Shown here: in pieces, positions 39,201 through 47,952 of the stretch
Layout of the letters: each line of letters begins with the position of its first letter
Numbering within the stretch: position 1 is the stretch's first letter
Assembly: GCA_021399395.1 (NCBI GenBank)
Contig: JAAFKJ010000043.1
Span: 18,545-82,544 of the forward strand
Reading direction: 5' to 3'
Origin: Candidatus Heimdallarchaeota archaeon
GTDB lineage: Archaea > Asgardarchaeota > Heimdallarchaeia > Heimdallarchaeales > Heimdallarchaeaceae
Length of the DNA: 64,000 nt
The notes under the pieces: generated by a model
What the model was told of the DNA's origin: nothing
Databases searched by the model: none
Seen by the model: the letters and a program-made list of their open reading frames with translations, nothing else
Position numbers and translations under genes: made by a program

Positions 39201-39215
39201 AAAAGGTTCACTCCT

Positions 39216-39644
39216 TTAAACTGTTAAAGTATCAACTTCGACGCTTGATACTCCTTCGATTCGCTCAAGTTCATCCTTGATTTGATCAATACTAACTTCC
39301 TTAAGCTCATCAGAGTCAATATAACCTTCATACACACAAGCACTTTGTGTGAAACACAAACCAGTACTGTACAGTGTTTTAATACCGAGTCTTATGAAAA
39401 TAGAACCCATTTTACGAAGGAAATCAGGAGATAATTTTCCGATATTGATATTGATTTTAGCTACTTCATTAGTGCTTGTAGGAATAATTCTAATGATTCT
39501 AGTATTTGGTGCAAGAATCAACACTGCAAAAGTTTTACCATCTGGTTTGAGAGCTGATAGGAATTCTTCTGGTAGTTCAATTGGCTTTTCGGCCTCTAAT
39601 TTCACCATCTTTGCGATCGTAACTGATTGTTTTTCGCTGCTCAT
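39216..39644 (-). CDS. hypothetical small protein (possible ACT/ligand-binding-like fold)
   Basis: 142 aa with no diagnostic motif, ending 15 nt upstream of the regulator gene. Confidence 0.4.
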   Translation of the reverse strand: MSSEKQSVTIAKMVKLEAEKPIELPEEFLSALKPDGKTFAVLILAPNTRIIRIIPTSTNEVAKININIGKLSPDFLRKMGSIFIRLGIKTLYSTGLCFTQSACVYEGYIDSDELKEVSIDQIKDELERIEGVSSVEVDTLTV

Positions 39645-39882
39645 TTTCTTTTTTCTCCATCTGTAACTATTATTGATTACTTTATGTAATTACATTTATA
39701 TAACTATTTTGCCTTTCTTAAATACTTTACGCTACTGCGGGGAATATTTAGCTATTTTTCTTTGTTGAATTAAGCTATTATTTAACTAAAGATTTACTTT
39801 AGATTTGAGCTAGTTCGAGAATTATTGCAATAAGTTTTAATAACACTCGGGCACTCTTAACTTCATACTTGAGGAAGTAATA

Positions 39883-41442
39883 ATGGGCGAATTAACTGCG
39901 AATAAAATTGACGATGAAGAGGAAGATCTCTACAAGATTCCTCATCCTAAACGATCTCTAATCGGTATTTTTATTTCAACATTCTTTCTAAGAGTAGCTT
40001 TTGGTAGCACAACTGTTCTTATGCCTATTTACATCTTTCAACATCTGGAAGGTTTGGATGGATGGATAGGACATCTTAGTATAGTTATTGTAGAGATAAC
40101 CTATGCAATCGCAGTAATTATAAGTTCTGGATATTTTGGTTTTAGATCTGATACTTCAAACTCAAAAAGATGGATACTGATTGGAACAGCTGCGGGAGGA
40201 ATGATATTAGCTGGATATGGAATTTGTGCCTTAAACTGGGATGGATGGATTGGCATCACTCCTTTGGTTAATGGTTTACTTATTTTTGGGATGAGTGTTT
40301 ATCATTTCTTACATGGTCTTGCGGGTTCATGTAAAGTAAACGCATCTTATGGGTACATCTCAAGATTTTCCGTTTATGAAAACAGAGCTACTCGTATAGG
40401 ATTTTATAATGCGTTTGTAACAGGTGGGAGAGCTGTTGGAGTAATACTTGCTGGTGTTTTGTATGATCGGATAGTAGGAGTTACAGAAACAAGTGAAACA
40501 AGTTGGCATCCAACGAATCCTAATCGTTTAATCTATCTTTATCTGATATTTGGTTTCGCAATCTTAATTTCGGCAGTCGTTGTATATTTCATGCTAGACA
40601 AAACTAAGTCTGTTGTAAAAGAAGAGAAATACAGTATAAAGAAAGAATTATTGACCTCTTGGAGATTAATTAAGGATAAAGGCAGAAGGGGAATTATTTT
40701 GCCACTTTTAGGAACAGCTTCAATTGTAGGTATTCTAAATAATTGGGGATTTCTTATTCTTTCTTTAGAATCAACTCCTGGTGCTGCTAGCTGGACAACA
40801 GTTCTCTTCACAGTAGCTATGGGAGCACCTATGGCCTTGTGGGGTTGGTTAGCCGATAAAATAGGCCGAAAGAAGACATTATGGATAGGTGTTGTAGGTT
40901 TACTCATTATGTCTGTGATGATTGGAATTGCTTTCTTTGGAAATTACTTGACAGGAGGAAATCCATGGTATGATCCCAATTCACAATTTGACTCTGGTGG
41001 TTTTATACAACCAGAAAATCTTTGGTTAACAATCATTCTCGTTATTTCTTTAATTATGGGTTCAGCATATTTTCCTGCAATTAGTGGAAGATTAGGTGAT
41101 AGTAGTTCAATTGGAGTTACTGAAGAATCTGTAGATGAGACACAAGAACTAGAAAGAACTGCAGAATTTCATGGTGCAACAATGAGTATTCAACAAACAA
41201 TCCTCTCAATAAGCGAAATTATAGGTATCGTTGTAGGGGGAGTTGCGTTAATAATTGTTTATGCGATTTCAAAAACAGCAACAAACTTTGCATATAATAT
41301 GATTGGGATGATTGTTCCAATACTTTTACTGCTCATCTTTACAACTATCGTATCCTTCTTGTGGCCAGCTGAAGATGATTTCATCAAAACTAGTAAAGTA
41401 AGAAGAAAAGATCAGAAAGAAAGTAGGAAATATAAGCTATAG
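39883..41442 (+). CDS. major facilitator superfamily transporter
   Basis: Twelve or more predicted TM helices in a 6+6 arrangement with a central cytoplasmic loop. Confidence 0.7.
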   Translation: MGELTANKIDDEEEDLYKIPHPKRSLIGIFISTFFLRVAFGSTTVLMPIYIFQHLEGLDGWIGHLSIVIVEITYAIAVIISSGYFGFRSDTSNSKRWILIGTAAGGMILAGYGICALNWDGWIGITPLVNGLLIFGMSVYHFLHGLAGSCKVNASYGYISRFSVYENRATRIGFYNAFVTGGRAVGVILAGVLYDRIVGVTETSETSWHPTNPNRLIYLYLIFGFAILISAVVVYFMLDKTKSVVKEEKYSIKKELLTSWRLIKDKGRRGIILPLLGTASIVGILNNWGFLILSLESTPGAASWTTVLFTVAMGAPMALWGWLADKIGRKKTLWIGVVGLLIMSVMIGIAFFGNYLTGGNPWYDPNSQFDSGGFIQPENLWLTIILVISLIMGSAYFPAISGRLGDSSSIGVTEESVDETQELERTAEFHGATMSIQQTILSISEIIGIVVGGVALIIVYAISKTATNFAYNMIGMIVPILLLLIFTTIVSFLWPAEDDFIKTSKVRRKDQKESRKYKL

Positions 41443-41548
41443 ATCAGAAATTTTCCTAATAAAATAAGAGCAAATTCAAGAGGACAAACCCCCATAAAAA
41501 ATGCTCTTACCCACAGTTTTTTAACCTAGTATTTCTGGCAATCTTTCA

Positions 41549-42427
41549 ATGAAAGACAATTGGCTGTTTCTAAATCAGATGTCATTTAATACTGATTTGA
41601 TAGATTCCAACACAACTGTAATTGTGGGCTTTTCAGGTTACGGTTCAGTTGGTACAACTGTCCTGAATCATATCATTGAGAGATTAGATGTAGAATCCAT
41701 TGGTTTTTGGGGAACACTTAGCTGGTTCCACAAAGGGGTTCTAGAAACACCAATAACAATCTATAGACTTGATGTAAAATCTAAAGATGATAAGGAAAAC
41801 TTTGTATTGGTCACTTCTAGGTTGCCAATACCCGTGGTGGGGTATAATGCTCTACCAGATGCTTTCTGGAAATGGCTTTCACAAGAAATTCTCTCGTGGA
41901 AAGCTAAGCGTTATATCGTTATAGGTGGGTTGAGAGAGGATGTTCGAAATTCTTCTGATGATTTATGGACAACTTTGCTACCAACTAAAAGATATACCGA
42001 AATTTATGGAACTCAAAGAACCTTCAAAGATGATTTAACAATTAAAGGACCTATAAGCTTCCTCCTAACAGAAGGAACAGCATATAATCTTCCCGTACTT
42101 GGTGTTCTTTCTTATTGTAACACATACGATGTAGATTTAGATGCAGCTTCGATGGCTTTGAAAGACTTAGAAAAACAACTAGAGTTAGATTTAAACTCAA
42201 AAGAAATTGAGGAGTTTGATTTCTCATTTTTGGAAAATCAAGTTGAACTTTTCCAAGATGAAACTGATTTTGAGGAAGAATTTGACTCAGAGTATGAAGA
42301 AGAATTTGACGAAGAATTCAAAAGCTTTGATGCAGAAGAGGATAGAGAAAAGAAATTCTCTGTTGATGAAAATTCTTCCTTTCACTTAGATCGAACACAT
42401 AAAGATGATTTGAATAAATATAGATAA
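41549..42427 (+). CDS. PAC2-family protein (proteasome assembly chaperone-like)
   Basis: The N-terminal PAC2 block (VIVGFSGYGSVGTTVLNHII) and a long acidic C-terminal tail are present. Confidence 0.55.
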   Translation: MKDNWLFLNQMSFNTDLIDSNTTVIVGFSGYGSVGTTVLNHIIERLDVESIGFWGTLSWFHKGVLETPITIYRLDVKSKDDKENFVLVTSRLPIPVVGYNALPDAFWKWLSQEILSWKAKRYIVIGGLREDVRNSSDDLWTTLLPTKRYTEIYGTQRTFKDDLTIKGPISFLLTEGTAYNLPVLGVLSYCNTYDVDLDAASMALKDLEKQLELDLNSKEIEEFDFSFLENQVELFQDETDFEEEFDSEYEEEFDEEFKSFDAEEDREKKFSVDENSSFHLDRTHKDDLNKYR

Positions 42428-43342
42428 TTACGAGATTATATCCTTGTAATTCTTTATTTCTTCTAAAGTTATTGCATTGACGGGGCAAACATTGATGCAT
42501 ATTCCACAAGCTTTACAATAAGTTTTGATGACTCTGACAGAATCTCCTTCTTTATGGATTGTTCCTTCTGGACAGTGAAAAAAGCATTGCAAACATTGAA
42601 TACACTTATCCTGATCAATGTGTGCCTTTTCATTACTCCAAGCCCCAGTTATTCTAGAAACGGCGGCCCCAGGACCTATTATCTGTCCAGATTCTAGTTT
42701 CATTTTTGGAATAATGGTCCCAATTGGTAATTCATCAACAGTTGGTAACCATGTTCGAATTTTAGTGTTATTTCCTCCTCCCTGAGTTTTTCCAAAAACT
42801 GTTTCATCATATGCTATTCTTGCTGCTTCAACATTCATTTTTGCCATTCGATTACCCAAACGTGTTCCAAAAACAGACATGATCCCCTTCTCTAAATCCT
42901 CAAAAGTGATAAATTCTGAACTTCTAATCAGAGCTCCTAGCATAGCGCTATTTACAACAGGTTGTACTAAAAATTCTTTTGCGATTTTCGTAGCATCAAC
43001 AGTTGCTACTTGTGTTGGACTAGACAGTTTGATTTGTTCTGGTTTTTTTGGTGAGTTCAAAACTCCAATCCCTTCTGGCTTTAAACCTTGAACCACATCC
43101 ACTAATTCAAGGAGAGAATCATCTAAAACAACAATTATGTCTGGTTCATAAATTTGTGTTCTCTTATAGATCTTCTTATCATCTATGCGTGCAAAAGCTA
43201 GAACCAATGCTCCTCTTCTCTCGGCTCCAAATGAAGGTATTGCAATTGCATGTTTTCCTGCATAAAAAACAGCTTTTGTTAGTGCTCTAGATGCTAAAAC
43301 GGAACCTGTCCCACCTCTACCATGGAATCGGATTTCTAACAT
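42428..43342 (-). CDS. 2-oxoacid:ferredoxin oxidoreductase gamma subunit fused to the delta (2x[4Fe-4S] ferredoxin) subunit
   Basis: The gamma-subunit signature (RFHGRGGTGSVLASR) is followed at the C-terminus by CIQCLQCFFHCP and CKACGICINVCP. No alpha or beta subunits are in the window. Confidence 0.75.
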   Translation of the reverse strand: MLEIRFHGRGGTGSVLASRALTKAVFYAGKHAIAIPSFGAERRGALVLAFARIDDKKIYKRTQIYEPDIIVVLDDSLLELVDVVQGLKPEGIGVLNSPKKPEQIKLSSPTQVATVDATKIAKEFLVQPVVNSAMLGALIRSSEFITFEDLEKGIMSVFGTRLGNRMAKMNVEAARIAYDETVFGKTQGGGNNTKIRTWLPTVDELPIGTIIPKMKLESGQIIGPGAAVSRITGAWSNEKAHIDQDKCIQCLQCFFHCPEGTIHKEGDSVRVIKTYCKACGICINVCPVNAITLEEIKNYKDIIS

Positions 43343-43397
43343 CTAGTATCACTATAGTTCATGACCTCTGGTACATTATAAAAGTGTTGGAAGAACA

Positions 43398-43961
43398 TTA
43401 CTCGGTCTTCTTAATTGACTCAATATCTGTCTCTGTTAACCATCTATTAAATTCAGTCGCTAAAGAAACTTCTTTATTTCTTCTCGGTTTCCTGAGTGTT
43501 CTTATTTTAGTTTCTAAGGTTAATTTTTCTTGAAATAAAGGTATAATTTTACTCATATCAATAGCATATAAATCGAAAAGAAATGCAATAGGTTTGAAAT
43601 ATACTTGTAAGAATTTTTCAAATTCATCGAAGTAAATCATGAGTTCTTTATGAGTCTCTCGTGAAACAACAAGATTGACAATGGTAACAGTTTTGCGCTT
43701 TAATCTAAAATCTTTAGCATCTAGATTCTTAAGATTCAAAGCAAAAGCGAAAAGAAAAAGATCATCATCGATTTTAGTAGAAGCTAAACCTTTGATATCT
43801 TGGTTTTGCATCATTCCCATCAAAGTAGGATATGTTGTAAGAACGATTTCGAGTTTCATATCCTCAATATCTGATGCAAAGATTTCAAAACCATTATCCG
43901 AAAAGTAAACAATAGCATATCCTTCGATTTTTTGTTTTTCAGTATCTAATAGAGTAGTCAA
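43398..43961 (-). CDS. hypothetical protein
   Basis: 187-aa ORF without recognisable motifs; its codon usage matches its neighbours. Confidence 0.4.
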   Translation of the reverse strand: MTTLLDTEKQKIEGYAIVYFSDNGFEIFASDIEDMKLEIVLTTYPTLMGMMQNQDIKGLASTKIDDDLFLFAFALNLKNLDAKDFRLKRKTVTIVNLVVSRETHKELMIYFDEFEKFLQVYFKPIAFLFDLYAIDMSKIIPLFQEKLTLETKIRTLRKPRRNKEVSLATEFNRWLTETDIESIKKTE

Positions 43962-44059
43962 TCTGCTTCAATGATTCTTCCTCAGTTTATTATAAAAACC
44001 CCAATTTGGTTTGTTCTTTTCGGCAAGTTAATTATAGGAGCGTGGCATAAATTAAAACA

Positions 44060-44779
44060 ATGGAAAAAAAACTTCTCAAACGAATGGAGAATTTCAAGAA
44101 TACTCCAGATCGCTTAAAATTCGAATTATTAAGAGAATTGTCCGAATTACCAGAAGAAGAACATATTACTAATTTTCTTCTCAATGTAGTTGAAAATGAG
44201 AAATATGATAGAATTCGAATAAATGCTATTCTTAATCTGAAAAAATATGAAAGTGATTTGATAGTTGAAAAACTCAAAATAATCTTCTCATTTGAGCGTG
44301 ATAAAAGTGTGAGACTTGTAATTGTTGAAACACTTGGAGAAAGAGACTCAGATGAAATTGAAGACTTTTTCCAACAAGTTGCTATTAAAGATCTTAATGA
44401 TATTGTACGTGCAACAGCTATTAGAAAACTCCATGAAAGGGAAAATATAGATCAAACCGTAATGCACGACTTACTATTAGATGTTATTCAGAATGATTCT
44501 TCTGTTTTTCCAAAACAAATTGCTCTAAGTGCTCTTCCATGTTACGCAACCTCAACCACTTATGACAAACTGAGAAATGTCTTCTTCAGAGAAGAAATGC
44601 TTCAAATGAAGAAACTTCTTTTTAAAACATTAGAAGAGATATCTACAAAATTTGAGTTGGATTTGGACGTAAAAGAACCAGGAGACCCTATATTTGAAGA
44701 CACTAAGAAAGCAAGAAGAAAAAGAAGAAAAGAACGTAAGAAGAAAAAATTGGATAAAGACGATTATCTTTATTTTTAA
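44060..44779 (+). CDS. HEAT-repeat protein with a C-terminal poly-basic tail
   Basis: Repeated xRxxAxxxL HEAT units (DRIRINAILNL, KSVRLVIVETLG, DIVRATAIRKL) and a KKARRKRRKERKKKK tail. Confidence 0.55.
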   Translation: MEKKLLKRMENFKNTPDRLKFELLRELSELPEEEHITNFLLNVVENEKYDRIRINAILNLKKYESDLIVEKLKIIFSFERDKSVRLVIVETLGERDSDEIEDFFQQVAIKDLNDIVRATAIRKLHERENIDQTVMHDLLLDVIQNDSSVFPKQIALSALPCYATSTTYDKLRNVFFREEMLQMKKLLFKTLEEISTKFELDLDVKEPGDPIFEDTKKARRKRRKERKKKKLDKDDYLYF

Positions 44780-44852
44780 TTATGAATCTGGTTTCTGAGC
44801 TACACACGTTATGAAACTTGGTTAAACTTGCCAGAGGCTTTTTAACCGTCGT

Positions 44853-46793
44853 CTAAGGTTGTCCCCTCACGTGTGTTGAGGGGAAGAGATCGTAAGGAAG
44901 AGGAGTACCCTTGAGGGAAGCGATGTTTAAAGCAGCATTCTCGTGAGAGTTGACCTGTTGACCACATTTTTTACAAGGGGCAACATCATGATGACCTTTA
45001 GCACGAGCAATCGTCCCTCCACAACCATAATGTCTGGTGCTGGTATGATAGGGGGGAACAGCTTCTAACTCTACATCATAGCTTAACTCTAGGGAAGCTA
45101 ACCAGACTGCTTTCTTGTAAATGTAAAGTTTATCAGGCATGTTATAGATGGCTTTAGCTAGCGCTCCTTTGGTACCGGTAGGGTCAGCGGTCAACTCCTC
45201 AATCTTCAGAGTCTGACACTGTTTCTTCACCATAACTGCAGCTAAGAAGTGAGGAAGACGACGAGTGATCTCACGGAGTAAACGGCTGCGACGCTGATAG
45301 ACTCGGTTGAGCTCACCCTTGAGCTTACACGAACCTCGAATATCGTAAACCTTGCGTTTGTTAAAGAACCCCTTATCTAATTCCTTGAGGACTTTATCTG
45401 TCAACTTCTGGTAACGTTTAGCTAACTTTAGCAAATCTGGAGGAAGTGGAACTGGAGTGTTAAATATCACCATATGCTGTCCCAAACGGTTGATATCTAC
45501 ACCTAACACTTTCTTCCTCCCTCTAGGAATGTAAGGGAGATAACTACGTAGGAGGGTAGAAGAGCGGAAAGAGGCATGGGATCCTTCTAGCACCACGTCT
45601 AAACTGGGTCTGAAACTAGGAGCTCTACCACTACTTACTTGGAACACTTTGAGTTCTGCACCATTCCGAATATACTCTAACACTTTTGGAGGAAACAGCA
45701 CTTGAGCAGAAAGCTTTTTCTTCCCTTTTAGAGGGAACCCTAAAGTGGTGGTTCCTTGCTTCTTGACTTGTCTGGTCAATTCACTTGCATTCCCTTCACG
45801 GGTAATAACATACTCTTTTTTCATTAATAGTTTGATTGATAATCTTCCTTGCTTTTTTCTTTTGAATGGGAGAGGAACAAGCTTGGCTACAGATAACCCT
45901 TGTAGTAACTGAGGGACACTCTGAATGATCTGGTCAAAGAGTGTGAAAACAACTATCTGCCTTACAGCAGAAAAGAGGTTTCGATTAGGGTTGCCTATTA
46001 TTGTTGCTAGTTCCTTAGCTAATTTCTTGAGACTTTTCCAACGAGATTTCTGATAACTGTTAATCCACGAAGTCACAAACGGTATGACTATCTGTTGCTC
46101 TTGTTTGAGGAGACGGAGTTTGTTCAGAAACGCTTGCTGGTTCTTTGAGAGAGAAGATAACTGGGCAAAGGTGTTGGTTTGGTAAGTTAGAGCGTCATCG
46201 ATTCCTTGTAAGACCTCCTGTTGAGTGTAAGAGGGTAAGGCTCCATTAAACACCAGATTGTTGGAGAAATAATGGTTCCTCTTTTTCTTTCTGCTATAAG
46301 AATCGAGTTGCATTCTTGAACTTGTCAACAGATTGATAATGTATCTTCGTTTTAGTTTCCAACGTTTCCCTAAACTACTTTCAGTGTAAGGGGAACGACC
46401 AAAGATTATCCACTCTACTTGTTGTTGAGGGTTCTTTTGCAGAAAGTTGAGTATGTTTTGCACTTTCTGTTCTTTATCCACTTTCCCTTTTACAGCTATC
46501 TGGAGCCAGTGGTAAGCACTTTCAGCGATGTTAGGGTTCTTACCTACAGCTTTCCCTACTTGGCGCACAAAGAAACGTTCTTTGGGATTGGCGCGATAGA
46601 TCTCAATTGCCTTTTTGACCACATCTTGAGGGAGGAGGTGGTATTGCCGTTCTTCTAACGTTCTGATTCGTTGATTAATTTCTTCTCGTTGGACTGATGA
46701 GTCACACTTTAGCGCTACCTGATAACTTCTCATCACTGTATCTAAGATAAGCGGGTGAGAGGTTTGAGAGGTGCTAACTGTTTGTGAGCTCAT
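44853..46793 (-). CDS. tnpB: TnpB/OrfB-like RuvC-fold nuclease with a C-terminal zinc finger (IS607/IS1341 type) and a ~200-aa N-terminal extension
   Basis: The C-terminal half has split RuvC-like motifs (LGVDINRLGQ...; LKIEELT; NSHENAALNIA) and a CxxC...CxxC finger (HYGCGG...CKKCGQQ). At 646 aa it is longer than typical TnpB. Confidence 0.75.
   Translation of the reverse strand: MSSQTVSTSQTSHPLILDTVMRSYQVALKCDSSVQREEINQRIRTLEERQYHLLPQDVVKKAIEIYRANPKERFFVRQVGKAVGKNPNIAESAYHWLQIAVKGKVDKEQKVQNILNFLQKNPQQQVEWIIFGRSPYTESSLGKRWKLKRRYIINLLTSSRMQLDSYSRKKKRNHYFSNNLVFNGALPSYTQQEVLQGIDDALTYQTNTFAQLSSLSKNQQAFLNKLRLLKQEQQIVIPFVTSWINSYQKSRWKSLKKLAKELATIIGNPNRNLFSAVRQIVVFTLFDQIIQSVPQLLQGLSVAKLVPLPFKRKKQGRLSIKLLMKKEYVITREGNASELTRQVKKQGTTTLGFPLKGKKKLSAQVLFPPKVLEYIRNGAELKVFQVSSGRAPSFRPSLDVVLEGSHASFRSSTLLRSYLPYIPRGRKKVLGVDINRLGQHMVIFNTPVPLPPDLLKLAKRYQKLTDKVLKELDKGFFNKRKVYDIRGSCKLKGELNRVYQRRSRLLREITRRLPHFLAAVMVKKQCQTLKIEELTADPTGTKGALAKAIYNMPDKLYIYKKAVWLASLELSYDVELEAVPPYHTSTRHYGCGGTIARAKGHHDVAPCKKCGQQVNSHENAALNIASLKGTPLPYDLFPSTHVRGQP
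44863..44883 (-). other. perfect 7-bp stem / 7-nt loop hairpin at the 3' end of tnpB (possible IS right-end or omega-RNA-associated structure)
   Basis: cccctca-cgtgtgt-tgagggg, read directly; it lies ~10 nt inside the 3' end of the TnpB reading frame. Confidence 0.5.
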
Positions 46794-46876
46794 CTTCTCT
46801 TCAACATATAATGAACAGATTAGTATTTAAGCTCGAGAAAACTCAACATTTTGGTGGTGCTTTTCCTCTCCGTTGT

Positions 46877-47110
46877 CTATGTAACCTTCCTGCGTTTTGT
46901 TCCACTCACTCTAGCGTATCCCAACACCACTTGGTTGTGTTGAAGATTGTTTTCCTCCTTCTCTTCTCCTATTATTTGTGCGAGTTTATATCTTCTATGT
47001 CCTCCCCTTGTTCTCCCGGAAGGGAGGAGTTTCTCTTCTCTTTCCCACCTTCTCAGTGTGCTAGCAGACACTCCTTGCATGGATGCTGCTATGCCAATTC
47101 TTACTAACAT
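46877..47110 (-). pseudogene. tnpA: truncated IS607-type tnpA (serine recombinase): MerR-like HTH plus the start of the catalytic domain only
   Basis: GVSASTLRRWEREEKLLPSGRTRGGHRRY is the IS607 TnpA HTH. The ORF stops right after VVLGYARVSG, the catalytic-Ser region, and the rest of the ~200-aa recombinase is absent. Confidence 0.6.
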
Positions 47111-47177
47111 ACCAGTTTTTTTGTTGTTCCTTTAGATAATGTTTGTGCTTTTTGGATAAGATTGAGTAAGTTTTCAC

Positions 47178-47819
47178 TCAGCAGTTGCTTACAGTCCAAA
47201 TGTATCCTCTTCTATCCTTTGGTCGGACCAACCTTACTTCTTTTGCAATAGAGTATAGTTCCCATCCTTTTAAAGCAGTTTTCAACTCAGTTGTTGTAAT
47301 AAATCTTAACGGAGGATCTGTTTTGAAATGAGGTTTTACATTACCTCCATAAAGAAGAAAACCTCCGGGTTTTACAGCTTCTATCAATTCTAACAATTTT
47401 GGTAAAGCTCCCTCATACAGATATTGCAGACATTGTATTGCTGAGATAACGTCATAACTTTCCGGTTGAAGTTCAAAAGTATCCATATCGGTCAGAAGAA
47501 TGTTCATCTTGTCGGTTACTCCCAAAGCTTCAGCTCTTTTTTCTGTGATTTCTATAGCTGAAGGGAGAATATCAACTGCGTCAACCTCAAATCCTAATTG
47601 AGCTAAGAAACAAGCATACCTGCCATCGCCAGTGCCGAATTCAAGAGCTTTTTTCCCCTCATGATCTTTCCCTTGAGTAAATAAGTAATATTCTTGTAAA
47701 GCATAATGGACATATTGTTGCGGCAACTCGTCAAGTTTGCCTTCCATCTGTTTTTTGTAAACATTGTCCCACCCGTCCATATATTTGTCAGGAACTAATG
47801 ACACGTATTTTTTCGACAT
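47178..47819 (-). CDS. class I SAM-dependent methyltransferase (TehB/TPMT-like small MTase)
   Basis: SAM-binding motif I (LEFGTGDGRYACFLAQLG) and post-I acidic residue (VDAVD) are present. Confidence 0.7.
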   Translation of the reverse strand: MSKKYVSLVPDKYMDGWDNVYKKQMEGKLDELPQQYVHYALQEYYLFTQGKDHEGKKALEFGTGDGRYACFLAQLGFEVDAVDILPSAIEITEKRAEALGVTDKMNILLTDMDTFELQPESYDVISAIQCLQYLYEGALPKLLELIEAVKPGGFLLYGGNVKPHFKTDPPLRFITTTELKTALKGWELYSIAKEVRLVRPKDRRGYIWTVSNC

Positions 47820-47952
47820 AAGATTAGAGAGTTTAGAACGCTTATAATCCTCTTGTATTATGCATGGAATGGGAGCAAGTAGTGGTTACTTAGATTTTTA
47901 AGCAAAAAAATTTAATTACATGTACAACCTTAAGGGAGAATAGGGAGATAAA

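Larger units (their letters stand above)
44790..47170 (-). mobile_element. IS607-like insertion sequence remnant (truncated tnpA plus intact long tnpB)
   Basis: The block is visibly more GC-rich than the flanks. It carries a MerR-HTH/serine-recombinase N-terminus followed by a TnpB-like ORF in IS607 gene order. The boundaries are approximate and no terminal repeats were identified. Confidence 0.6.

Noticed and set aside
43398-43961. Considered a Roadblock/LC7 or longin-like domain (Asgard eukaryotic signature protein) for the 187-aa hypothetical
   Set aside because: There is no motif-level support visible by eye; this would need profile searches, so it is left as hypothetical.
46784-47107. 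A 107-aa plus-strand ORF overlapping the tnpA remnant
   Set aside because: It is antisense to a recognisable IS607 tnpA HTH and has no motifs; it is most likely a chance ORF in a GC-richer region.
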